Assembly (NCBI GenBank): GCA_029953675.1
Contig: JAMWBK010000005.1
Span: 682,001 to 746,000 of the forward strand
Reading direction: 5' to 3'
Length of the DNA stretch: 64,000 nucleotides
From: Rhodosorus marinus CCMP1338
Taxonomy: Eukaryota; Plantae; Rhodophyta
Part shown: positions 1-11,701 of the stretch, in pieces
How positions within the stretch are numbered: the first letter of the stretch is position 1
How the letters are laid out: each line of letters opens with the position of its first letter
Made by a program: the position numbers and the translations under genes
The notes under the pieces: generated by a model
Told to the model about the DNA's origin: nothing
The model's database searches: none
Seen by the model: only the letters and a program-made list of their open reading frames with translations

Positions 1-603
1 CTCGCTGGTGTGTTTGGTGTGAATGGAATATTCGGGATGAAGTACAGAAAGCCTTCGTTTGCCGCTCTCGCTTTCGGCTTGGGTTTCGGCCTTGGCCCAC
101 TGCTCGACCATGCTGCTGCTTTGAATCCATCGGTAAGCGTTTGAAGAATTTGTTTTGGCATGCCTGCGTTCAATCTAACTTGTTCCTTTTTGGCCACCTG
201 GAAATTGTGACTTCCACAGATCGTCATCTATGCGCTCGCAGGTACGTTTGGGATTTTTTCTTCCCTTACCATTTCCGCGATGATGGCTCCGGACGCACGT
301 TATCTATACCTTGGCGGTATGCTGTCGTCGGCTCTTTCGATGCTTTTCTGGATCAACATGGTATCCATGTTCTTCCCGTCGCAGCTCAACTACAACCTTC
401 AGCTTTACGGGGGTTTGATAGTATTCTGCGGATACGTGCTCAGCGACACATCCCGAATGATTGAGAAAGCCAAGGACGGACGGTCCGACGCCATTTCAGA
501 CGCCACTGCGCTTTTTGTCAACCTCATCGGTATCCTTCGCAGGATCCTCATTATTCTCTCCAAGAAAGAGGATAACAACAAGAGATCAAGGCGCCGGAAT
601 TAG
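1..603 (+). CDS. BI-1: Bax inhibitor-1 (TMBIM6-like) ER membrane protein, 5'-truncated by the window edge
   Basis: Frame 1 from base 1 reads LAGVFG...LGPLLDHAAALNPS. GT-AG intron 133-219, then IVIYALAGTFGIFSSLTISAMMAPDARYLYLGG...LYGGLIVFCGYVLSDTSRMIEKA...DATALFVNLIGILRRILIILSKK with a basic tail, the typical BI-1 pattern. Confidence 0.88.
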
Positions 604-1347
604 GCCAGGTCCTCACCCAAGGACCGACCGGAACTCATCTGAGAATCGGACCAAGAACTTCACCCTGAGAATAACGTCCTTGACGAGGGAAGCATGGGTG
701 CACTTCGTGCGCTCGGAAATATGGATCCTCTCTATTGATTCAATTCGCTTTTTATGACTAAATTTTCGTTACAAAGTTATTGCCCTGGACGTGTGGAGAA
801 CAAATTTGCACCATCGTGAGCGCCGGACAATCCTATGAGCTCTTTCGTAGCTAGCCCCCGGGGGCGAGTTCATGAAAGCGAACTTTACCCAGCCGGTTTG
901 CGATTACAATTTACCAGATGTTGAAGCAAGGATCTATCTTCACCGGACTCTTGTCAGGCCTTTACAGGAATCTGTCGTTCATAGGGCCCTTGTTCGTACT
1001 TTCTCCGCTGATCCTTCTCAAGTCTCTTCTCCGAGTCTGGGACCGTGTTGCGCTGCAGTAGGCAGCTGCCGAGTAAAGGTTACGGTTACGTTCATTGAAC
1101 TCATCAAGCTGCGCCTAGTGCTATCAGCGCTTGTTGAGCCTGACGAGGGTTTTGACAAAACAACCCTCTTGAAGATCGTTACTCCAGCACGGCTGGGGAG
1201 CAGGTGAGGCTAGTGAAGTCCAAACCCTTCTTCATGACGCAATCAGGACCATTCAAGCCTCGTCACATCTATAGAAACCTCATCACCATCCGCTGAACTA
1301 GGCCTGCACCCGCACCACCTTACCTGTACATACTTTGCCGGAGGTCT

Positions 1348-1485
1348 ATTTCAGGGTGACCATTCATTTTTGTCCTGTAAAATGGGGCCACCCTGAAATT
1401 GAAGTGGAATGTCATTCGCTGACTGGAATAACTTCAGGGTAGCAACGCCCTTCCCTACAAAGAATGGAGCCACCCTGAAGTTGAA
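1348..1485. repeat. Two tandem ~80-bp related units, each an inverted-repeat hairpin
   Basis: ATTTCAGGGTG (1348-1358) / CACCCTGAAAT (1389-1399) is a perfect 11-bp inverted repeat. AACTTCAGGGTAGC (1430-1443) / GCCACCCTGAAGTT (1469-1482) matches at 13/14. The right arms are direct repeats of each other (AATGGrGCCACCCTGAArTTGAAG). Confidence 0.8.
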
Positions 1486-1724
1486 GGATAGCTACGAAGG
1501 TGGATCTTCACCCTAGTGTTGGAGGCGAAGGAAAAGCGAGTGCTAGTTGTCTCTGTGTTGAGACCTTGGATCAAGCTTGGGCACGCCACGTCGGAATGAT
1601 GGAGTGAGGGAAATTCGAGTTGAAGGTGACCCTGAGAGATTTAACTGTTTCCAGGAGAGCATGTATTCGTGAAGCCTGTTGAGCGGGGGATGTGTTGGTT
1701 GACGGCTCCGCGTTCGTTCGAGGT

Positions 1725-4700
1725 ATGGATTTAGAAATTGCTCTTAGTCCATCCGAGACCAGCAAGGATTGCTTCGTACGCCTGCCTCCGCGAGTTGTGA
1801 AGGACATTGAAGAGAGCTTCCTCGTGCTCAAAGCGACGACAAGAAGCGGCAATGTTTTCTTCGCGGGTTGGACGGGAGGCAGCGCCGCGTCCAATGGAGT
1901 ACTTGAAATGCCCCTTCACTTTGCTCAGTGCCAGAATGTCAGGCCAAAGGAGATCGTTCATGTTGAGGCTGTGCCAACCAGCACCGCAGCGTCCAGAGCA
2001 ATCGTTTCCTCATCGGCCGAGGACTGGGACGTGGTTCTGCTCAACGCAAGGTTGTTAGAGGACATAATCTTGTCTCAGATTCGCGTTATCTTTGCAAATA
2101 TGACACTGCCGATATTCCTCGGCAACGGCTCAAAAATCCTGCTCCATGTGACTGAGCTTGAGCCAGATATAGGCGCAAACGACTGCCTAATCCTGAACGC
2201 AGGATCTGAGATCGCCATTGCGCCTCCAAAATCCCGTTCTTCTTCTACGAAGCAGAAAACTGTCACCGACGATAGACTACCTGCATCGTTTCGCGGACGG
2301 GTGCTACCTTCGAAGACAGCTGTTTCTTCCTCTGTCCAGATGAACGAGAGAACTGCGTCCCACAACCGCCTTCAATGTAAGGACCTTCTGTATTTGACCC
2401 CGGTGGACTCTTCGTCAGGAAGATACTACGGATGGAGATCTATCTACTTTACCCTAGAGATCAGCGATTACGTGCCGGATGGGCATTTAGCCATGAACGA
2501 TCTGGCGCGGGCCGCACTCGGATCCCCATCTCTAAGCACCGTCTACGTGAAGCTCGTTGACAAGGGCCAAGCACAGGTACGTCACGAGTCAAGGAGAGGG
2601 ATACGACTATTACGAGAGTCAGGCTAACCTGTTTTCCTTTTCTGCTTGTTGTCTTTCCGCCACTGGTCGGTAGTTGGTCTCCTCTGTTCAACTCGCTGAG
2701 AATTACAAGTCCTCTGACCAGCCATGTGGGAGGAGATCCTCGTCGAACGACCTCAAGGTTGCTTTGAAAGAGTGGGTGAAAGCAAATGGATTTGTACAAG
2801 GTACGATGAAAAGTTGTCTAGCACGTCGTTCGCGACTGTTTACATAGCGATTCAGTTTTTGTGTTCATCTTGTGCAGCGGGTGGGGATGTTATTGTGTAT
2901 CTCGGGATTGGGACACCTGTTCAACTACTTCTTGGGGAATCTGAGTGTGACTTCCTACTGTGCGTCAACGGCGAGTCCCCTATTGCCGCCAGTGAGGCCC
3001 GTACATCAGCCTCTGAAGTGGATGAGCCCACCACTGAAGCCCACGACCGAGCCTGGTACCCGAAAGCAAATGCGGAAGCTAGCTCGACAAAAAAGGGAAA
3101 GGAAAGAACTAAGGTGGGTCGAGAGACTGCAGCTGTTCTGGCCTGGCGTGTCCCTTACTGAAACAACCCGCGAACGTAGGTCACCGTCGGTGCCGCCTTG
3201 AAGCCGTTGTACATGTTTTCACTAGCGGATCTTGAACTTGGTGCAGTGTCAATACAGTTGACGTCTCATAACAACAACCAGAGCATACCACACCATGACT
3301 TTGGATGGGGAAAGGGGCCAAAAGTGAAAGACGTGAGAGGAGCCCAGGCTCGCCGGAAAGTGGACGAGGTATTAGCATCCCTTGGCCCGTTATATCAATA
3401 CTTTCAGAGATCCGCGACGGACAAAGAACAGCAACCGGCTCCGCTTCCCCTGACTGTACTCGCTGGGTCGAAAGGTAGCGGAAAGAGCTTTATGGCTTCA
3501 GCCGTAGCTCGAGCTCTTCGTGAAGACCCAAAAATTCACGCCAGAACGGTGAGATTAGTCCTCACGCGCTCGTCCTGCTCGCACAAAAGTTTCTTGAGCT
3601 CTAAACAGACGAGCTGTTCTCAGGTATGGATCCGCTGCCGGGTGCACAGTTCCGAGCCAGTAGAAGTTTCGTGCAGAAGGTTGGATACGGCTATTATGTC
3701 AGCGTATCGCTGCCGACCCTCTTTTCTGGTTTTGGATGACTTTGATTTGCTCGCTTCCGCTGAAAGTGAAGATCCAGCTGCGCATCAGCAGACGTCCTCT
3801 CGGGGTCCATCAATTGCAACCGCGTTCATAGAAAATCTGCAACGTGTTGGTGACGGCTCTTCTGGTATAGGTATACACGGACCCCTCATTGGGAACAAGA
3901 ACGGTCGACCGTATCTGACGAGTTCGCATTTGTTCTGTAAGGAGTTTTGGTTACCTGCAGCTCACCCAGTGCTTTGGCGAAGGAAATTACGTCATCCGGT
4001 AAGTGCTCACCTTTCTGGTATTCAGTACCTGCCGTGGGCACAAGCGAATTCGAATACTAAGAATCATTCCATGCTGGGGGATAGGACACGTAAGCGAGAG
4101 CCTGAATCTGTCACCACCTGACGCGGGTATGCGAGCACAACTGTTCGCTATGTTCGCATCCCGAAATTGGAAAGAGTTGCTTAGCAAATCCGACACGGAA
4201 TTGTACGAGGTCGAGGTGTGCTACCTGAAGTCGCAGCCGCAACAAACTGTCATGAAAGGCTCACTTTTCCTCAGTTGAAATTTTGCTTTGTATGAAGGAG
4301 TCCATATTCTCTCAGATGGCGACTGCGGAGGGCTTTTCGCCACTGGACATCCAGAGAGTAGTTGAGAGAATATCAGTGAGCCATCTTTCCGGCGGGCTGA
4401 CGCCGTCGAACATTGCGGAGGCAGTGCAATCGTATACACCGACGCTACTGATAGGTGCGAAATTGCATCCATCTGTGTTAATCCGCTAGTACAAATCGCA
4501 GGAACCCAATACAGAAGAGGTCTTTACTCGGACATGAACAGTGATTCTGAAATCGAACCCTTGTTCACTGCTTTGCTTTAGGCTCGAAGGCGAGGGAGGT
4601 GGACAAGGCAGTCGCTACGTTCAGTAGAGTTGGAGGGCTCGAGAAAGCGAAGCAGATTATGCGAGAGAGCCTTGAATTTCCGACGAAATTCGCGCACGTA

Positions 4701-5676
4701 TTTTCAAAGGCTCCCCTACGTGTTCAAAGCGGGTGTATGCTTTTTGGCCCTTCCGGGTGTGGGAAGACGTACTTCGCAGCTGCTGCCTCTGCCGAATTTT
4801 CCCTCAGAATGATCAGCGTTAAGGGACCCGAACTTCTGAACAAGTACATTGGCTCAAGCGAGGCGGCCGTTCGTGATGCTTTCACACGGGCTTCTGCTGC
4901 ACGACCTTGCATACTCTTTTTCGACGAGTTCGAAAGCGTCGCTCCTAAACGAGGTAGACGAATAGACCTGATACGGTTCTAGCAACTCGCTTATCAAATC
5001 TAGAGTCCCTTAAGCTGAGGTTTGTGCTTGCTAGGTGGAGATACAACTGGCGTTTCGGACAGAATAGTGAACACCTTGTTGACGTCGATGGATGGGGTTG
5101 AGGCACTGGAAGGGGTAAGAAATGAATTTTTGCATACAGAGCGACTTCTTCTTCCGTCTTGACTTGCGAAAATCTGGGTTTGTCTCTGAATTGGTTGTCG
5201 CTATGGTACAGGTATTCGTAATCGGTGCAACGTCTCGCCCGGACCTGATAGATCCCGCACTCCTCAGGCCAGGTCGGTTAGACAAGTGGATTTCTATTGA
5301 CGTTCCAGATGAGAAAGAGCGAGAGGACATTCTAAGGGTTGTCAGTGCAGAACTTGCTCTTGCCGATGACGTTGACCTGGAACTGCTCGCAAGGGAGACA
5401 CCGAACTATACTGGAGCAGATTTGCAGGCCCTAATGTACAGCGCTCAGCTGAAACTTATGCAAGGGACAGGAGATGAAGATGACGAAGAGATTACAAGCG
5501 GGGAGGGCAAGAGCGTGTCCATGGAGAATGTGGAGGATGCACTGGCAGAATCTCGTCCCAGTCTTTCTTCATCAGATATTGCAGGCTACCGGAAGAAGAT
5601 GGAAAGATTTTATACCGGAGGCGGAACCGGCTTGGACCTTTCTGGCCCAAAGCAACCAAATGTATCATTGAAGTAG
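1725..5676 (+). CDS. PEX1: Peroxisome biogenesis AAA ATPase PEX1 (multi-exon)
   Basis: N-domain CFVRLP...WTGG...[23 protein letters not shown]; D1 [15 protein letters not shown]; D2 [25 protein letters not shown]...[73 protein letters not shown] at 1725, stop at 5674-5676. Confidence 0.93.
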
Positions 5677-5970
5677 TAGTTCAGCAGGGCAACAGTGCGT
5701 GCCTTTCCTGAGTCGAGCCAGGATATGACGTATTTCGTTTGGGTGTGTGAGTGATTACCAACCCTTGGTTTACATGGATACCTGCATCGGCAGGTGCACT
5801 GCCTAAGAAGGCAGGAATCCATGAGGATTACAATGTACATAACTGATAGCATCGCAAGACACACTAGAAATAGAGGAAAAACTGGATGTTTCTGACAACC
5901 GCTGTTCACGTCCTATCTCTTCCGAGCTCGGTGTTCGGAAGTATCGCTCGGGATCTTTGCGATCCGGAAC

Positions 5971-7207
5971 TCAAGATAATCTCATTCGCCCAACCCATGT
6001 TTCGTGTTGTTCAAGTCTGATTAGGACGTTCGCGATGGCGGGCTCAACGCAGACGAAATGCCTCCAAGCGCTGTCCTCCAAATCTGCCATCCCGGCCGAC
6101 TTTTCGATATGCGGGTTCCAGACCACAACATCCGGAAAGCCTTTTTTCTCAACAGTCGTCTTGTCCTTCGCGAGTCCGTTAAGCTGGATTTCATCTTTCA
6201 CATCGAATATGGAAAGATCAACCTGTCAAATCCAAGTAACGTTCCCGAGACCATTAGCCAAGAGGAACAGTTTCGGAACACGAGTTGGTCGATACCTACC
6301 TCTTCCCCAAACTGCACCCTTTTAACCTGCCGTACAAGAACCTGCTCAGTTATGTTGTCTTTAGAAATGCCTTTATGATTTTCAAGCATGACTTTAGCTC
6401 TCCGTGCATCTAGAACGTTCAAGTAAGTATGAAGGGCTCCCGAGAACGTGAAGGGCCGAGGACCGACATTGGAAACCTGTCCAGAACAATTCACAAGTGG
6501 ATCAATAACCTGAAGAGCATCGGCGGAGTTGAACAAGGCACACACCTTAAGCTCGCAATCAAGAGATCCGCTCGTGCTATTCAAGCTTTGCTTGAAAAGC
6601 GTTACCGTCAAGCGCAATTCGAAATCATGCGCCCAGATTTGCTTCGTGGTGTCGTTGCTTTTCAGGAGAAGCGTGACCGATGGAATCGAATCCAGAGAAT
6701 CCACAGTTGTGGATTCGATCTGTTATGAAGAAATTCATTCAAGGGTGATAAGCTATGGAGATCTGTCGATGACCGTGTTGGGTTTTCGTTTTTACCTCCC
6801 AGAAAGAGTTTCTTGCAAACCCATGCTGCATCAAAGCCCCAAGTTTTCCGAACTGGGGAAAACAAACAGGGATACCACCACGGATAGCCTTTTTTCCATC
6901 AAAAATCGCGCTCTCGCTTGTAAAAATTCGACTCAGGCCTGTTGAATCAACCCAGGACGTCACGTGCGCACCGAACAGGTAGACATACGCCTTCAGGACG
7001 GACATATATCAAGAAGAACTCCCCAGTTAGCAGATCCAGAAACGCCAGAGACAAATAATGGACCACAAACCAGAGTAGAGTCCTAACCGATGCGTACGAA
7101 TCCTCATAGAATAGCTTGACACAAGTCAGGCCACCTCTACCAGGGCCAATCGCAACCGATCCATCAATCCCAAAAGTCCGCTCTAGTTCCGCTGCTGATT
7201 TATCCAT
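5971..7207 (-). CDS. Glucose-6-phosphate 1-epimerase / aldose 1-epimerase family (YeaD/YMR099C-like), multi-exon
   Basis: Motifs GAHVTSW, KKAIRGGIPVCFPQFG, HGFARN, FSGALHTY, FPDVVVWNP and FVCVEPA occur across consecutive minus-strand ORFs. Confidence 0.9.
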
Positions 7208-8493
7208 CGTGAACCAGGTATGCCTCCGAACTTAATTTCCTTCAACAAAAGCTTTCACAGATCCAATACCCTCCCATCGTCCACAACCATATAGACCACC
7301 CTGTCCCGATCCAATCCATCCCTTATAATACCAATCCAGATCCGTCTTCCTATTCCAATACTCAACGTACAATATCTGCTCTTCATAAAACGGAAATATT
7401 TCGATAACCTGATCTCAACCAATAAGCTTATTTAATAATAGTAGAATTAACGAATAATTTAATCCTTTTCACCGCAGATTGCACGATATGGTCTAAAATA
7501 GTAAAAATACATATCAAATACCGACGTATTTTGTTTCTAAATATTAGTGTATAATATCAGGCTATTTAATTTTATAATATGATTATAATTTACATAACTT
7601 TTTGTATAATTATACGATATCATGTTCTGTGTACTGGCACGTGTCCCTCTTTTTGTTAATTTTTTTGGGGGGATTTTGGTTTTATTTTCGCTCAGGTTTG
7701 CGAATTTTTTTGAAAATGGAAACTGGAAGAAAACTGACGTGCGAGCATTGGACTGGACTAGCTGGTCAACCAGTTGCTCGTTGAATTTAGACAGAAACGT
7801 CAACGGGCTAGGCCCATGAAACAAAGATGCAACGGAAGCCTTTCGGTCAGCTGGCTTGTTGAGGGAGCAGTCCCTTTTGCAGCTGGTTGATAGCTTCAGG
7901 ATCAAGCCTGTGCGTTTCTTCGCGCTGGGTACTTCAAGTACAAAGACTGCCCACATGCGCAGGTCAAGACAATGGCCCAGGGCGATACTCCACAGCACAG
8001 CTGATTCCGATCTACCAAGATCAAGACACATAAAACCTTCCTGCTGGTCAGCAGATTGACGATCCTGTAGATCCCGCGAACGCCGAAACGCTCCAGCCAT
8101 TGAGTTCTATCATTCTTTCATATGGCTAAGTCAGCGTTTCCAAAAGTCAGTCCCACAAGCTCGCTCTCATCCTCTGTGCCATGAATTCCGTTCCCGCACA
8201 CCCACGAAATGTTCATCCCTCTCCAGCTGGCGCTGGCATTCTCTCGTGGAAGAATTTGTTCAGGATCCACGACTTCACTCTAGGAATCGGATAGGGGCTT
8301 GGAACAACAGCGTTGAAGTATGCCAACCAAAGCCCGCTCTTGACCAAAATATAAAGCTGGAGGGTCCAACCCCCCCCCCCAACCCCCCCCTCAAGAAAAG
8401 CAATCCCAATATCACCCTGCAACACAGATCTGAATCCAAAAGGCGCGTACAATCGCCGTGACCAATACACATATCCATTTACTCCAACATGAA

Positions 8494-8610
8494 TAGTGGG
8501 AAATGCTGTTGGGATCTTAGGGCCGGCGAGAGTTGCGTCCGCAATTCTCGCCGCTCAAGGGGACTGAACCGGTACGGGGGAGCGAAAGACAGGCTTCTCA
8601 TCTCCCACTA
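8494..8610. other. Candidate structured non-coding element (closing helix plus internal 13-bp hairpin)
   Basis: TAGTGGGAAATG (8494-8505) / CATCTCCCACTA (8599-8610) pair at 11/12. CGGCGAGAGTTGC (8524-8536) / GCAATTCTCGCCG (8541-8553) form a stem with one G-U and a 4-nt loop. No ORF covers it and I cannot assign a family. Confidence 0.45.
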
Positions 8611-9185
8611 CAATCCACCTTAGTCAATACCGACGACTGTAAAACTAAACCCACTGTCGATCCGATCCTACCCTAGCTATGCCAACAATGCCTTACAAAA
8701 AAAATCGTAGCCATTTTTCGTAAACCGTGTAGTATATATATTTTAAAAATAATTTCCAATATTTTCAGAAATCAGTCTTTTTCGGTATGTTTTGGATTGG
8801 GCGAAATGGAAAGGTGTGATGTGTGTCTAAGGTCTGTGTGGACTTGTCACTGTATAGTGTATTGATGAGGCAGGTGCGATGAGGAGGGGAGAAATTGGGT
8901 AGGTATGGGTGGAAGAAGCTTCTGTAGGTTTTATAACGTTTTCTACGGGAGGACTGGTTGGTTGATGGGAGGAAGGGAAATTCATTTTTCGGGTGTGTTT
9001 TTGGTCTGTGTTCTTCTGAGAATTTGACATAGGGCAGGGGGGGTTGGTTTTTCGGCTGGCAGTATAGTTTTTGGTTTTGGGAGGGGGTGTGTTTGTGTGT
9101 TTGGAAGCTTGATAGGGTGGAGGTTTCGACTTAGAGCTTAGTTGTTGGTTTCTGTAGAGAGTGGGGTGAGAGGTTAATAGGAAGG

Positions 9186-9781
9186 ATGTCGGGTCAGGAA
9201 GGTGGTGGACAGGGGCTGGATGATGGGATGGATGATGGTATGAGTTCGGTTGGTGGTCGGGCGCCATGGTTGAGGGATGGGGTGTCCATGCCTTACGGGC
9301 CGATGACAGCCGAGGGGAAGACGGCGCAGGTTCGTATGGAACAGCGGATGGTGAGGCAGGAAGAGTTGAGCAATCAAGCGCGCGTTGAGAGGCGGGCCGC
9401 GTTGCAGGAGGAGCTCGAGGCGGAAAGGGTTCAAGGTTTGGAGAAGGCGTCCAAGATTTTCTTCATCGTTGGTTGCTTCATGTTGCCCTGGGTACATATG
9501 ATTATGTGGATATTTTTCTGGCCAGAGTGGAAGGATCCGGATGCCAGTCGGGTCGTCAAGAAAAGTAAGCTGTATCAGTCCATGGATGACTGCATGACAC
9601 CCAGTAGACAATCTAGCTGACTGATGCTTACGTTATTGCCCTTCCCCAAGACCTGAAAAGGTCATTGTATGTGGCTTTAGGATGGACAGCGGTGTTCACT
9701 GCCTGGTTCATAGTATTTCAAGTCCTCGCAGATCAATTGTCGGCGCTTAATGTATTATCTGTAACAAATCTGTACTTCTAA
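9186..9781 (+). CDS. PEN2: Gamma-secretase subunit PEN-2 homologue (2 exons)
   Basis: Exon 1 ends ...ASKIFFIVGCFMLPWVHMIMWIFFWPEWKDPDASRVVKK. Intron 9565-9650. Exon 2 reads (N)LKRSLYVALGWTAVFTAWFIVFQVLADQLSALNVLSVTNLYF*. This fits the PEN-2 pattern (GFAFLPFLWLVN...RSAVG...WITIFQ). Confidence 0.75.
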
Positions 9782-10195
9782 CCCCCGCACGCTCAATCAT
9801 TGAAAACAACAAATTGAAAAGATTAAACGAAAGGCGTAAACAGAGGAGTTTACAAGGGGTTTGGTTTCTTCGTGGGTTTACTTTCTTCGGCCCGTGCTCC
9901 TGTTTAAGTTTAAAATACAGATCCGCTGAGGATCTGTATTCTAGGATAATACAGCATATTATCCTCATTCTCCTGCACAGCATGCTTGGGAAAGTTGAAT
10001 AGTGCTGATCTGTTGGTACAGTAAATACCCCTTCGCGGATTCCCGGATCCCAAGGCCATGACGAAACGAGACAATCCTTTGACAAAGAGGGGCTACCGCC
10101 ACACGTTATTGCACCCACCGGATACAAAATACCGAACTTTCAAGGAAAGCCGGGTATGTATGTGCTCTCTTCGTGTTCATGCTGGCCTTCGTTTC

Positions 10196-11701
10196 TCAAG
10201 TCCTCGTGACGACGACCACTGCTCCATCAAGCTTCAAATCTTTCACAGTAGCGGACAAGTCAGATAGGACGGTTCGCGGAAAGGTTGTGCTTAGTTGGTA
10301 AGAGGCTCCAGCCAGATTTTGAGTTGCTTCAATATGCCTGGGGAAGTATGGCTTTCTCAACAATTAGCTGATGGCGTAATAACAAACCCACAAAAATTGC
10401 GAGGTCCTTACCTTCTCAAATCCCCTATTGTGTTCGTGTCGTTAAGTTTCACAACGAGTTTAGTCCCGTCCGCAAGGCGGACCTGGATCGATGCTACCGG
10501 TAATGACGTGTCAACTTGCACGGGGGAATCGCTAGTCCCCGTCGAGTTGGTGGCCTGTACAGATGATGGTTGTGTTTCTGCCAATGTACTCCCGAGTCTG
10601 TTGCCACTTCCCCCAAACGGTTGCGGCTTAACCTTGGGAGCCACATAGTCCTCATCCTTCCTGTCCTGCAATTTAATCAGAACCTCCGTCGCCGGTCCTG
10701 CACTTCTTAGTTCAGCTGGAACGAACCCTCTTTCGATTTCCTCCAGAAAACGTCGGTTTGCCGGGTCGTCGTATCTGCGGAAAGGCCCCTGTTCGCGGAA
10801 AAGTTGGGTAACCGATTCGTTCAGTCTAACAAAAATCTTAAGACCACTTCTTAATAGTAAACAACACGCTTACATCTTCCACTGTAAATCCATCTCGCCA
10901 AAACGTCAATCTGTAGTTCACCTCCCTGGGCCCATCACCGTTAGCATCCTCAACCACTTGCTGGACCTCATTTGATCCATCTCCAAGTCGAAAACCAGTT
11001 CCCCGAAATACTGGAGCCGAAGGAACCTCAGGTTGTTGAGCAGTCTCCCCAGAATCCTGAGTTTCCTTTTTGGCCTTGTTAATGAGCGAATTTACAATGT
11101 TGTCGCTTCCACCTCCGCCGCTACTATTCCCAGGAAGCGCAGCGCCTGGATTCGGCGCGTTAGGATCATGGACATTTATTCCGCTATTGTACCCTCCGGT
11201 ATAGTAGTCCTGACCCTGGAGAATATTCAAGGCAACAAGCAATCATCTGTGAGTACGCCTTTTGGACTACATAGATTCTGAAAATACGAAGTCTGTGCGA
11301 TACCAGCATACCTCCTCTTTCTCTGAATTATTGAGATCGCCCAAGGAAGCTATTCCTGTTCTTTTCTTTGGAGGCGCCTAAAATATGCAAAAAGGTTTCT
11401 GATCGTTGAGCAACGGAAATCGCAGAGTCAGAAACGCAATGCTCTGATGCCAAACGCGTGCTACCTTTTTAGTGACGGGGGCACTACTACTTCCAGAAAT
11501 CGGTGGAGGGTTCATCCCAGAACTTAAAGAGCTTCCAGCCCCCGCCCCGCTCAGATCTTCTGGCCCCGCACCATTCGCGCCGGCATCGAAATAACTCGCA
11601 ATAGCCTGATCAACATCGCCGTTCGCCTGCTCCAAAAACCGTTGCGCGACCTCAGGATCCGAGGACGTCAGTCTCATAAAGCTAGCAATCTTCTCATCCA
11701 T
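10196..11701 (-). CDS. NSFL1C: p47/Shp1/NSFL1C-type Cdc48 cofactor (UBA-like, SEP and UBX domains), multi-exon
   Basis: UBA-like IASFMRLTSSDPEVAQRFLEQANGDVDQAIASYF; SEP YYTGGYNSG and LTFWRDGFTVED; SHP boxes FRGTGFRLG and FGGSGNRLG; UBX IQVRLADGTKLVVKLNDTNTIGDLR...LSTTFPRTVLSD. Stop at 10196-10198. Confidence 0.9.

Noticed and set aside
872-1207. 111-aa plus-strand ORF between BI-1 and PEX1
   Set aside because: No recognisable motif or domain; length within chance expectation; no transposase or RT signature.
7537-8100. 187-aa minus-strand ORF
   Set aside because: No homology recognised, and its 3' third runs through AT-rich promoter-like DNA, suggesting a spurious ORF.
8645-8655. CTAAACCC as a possible telomerase RNA template (TTTAGGG) near the structured element
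   Set aside because: Only one repeat unit; the next base (A) breaks the required alignment extension; no pseudoknot evident and the telomere type is unknown.
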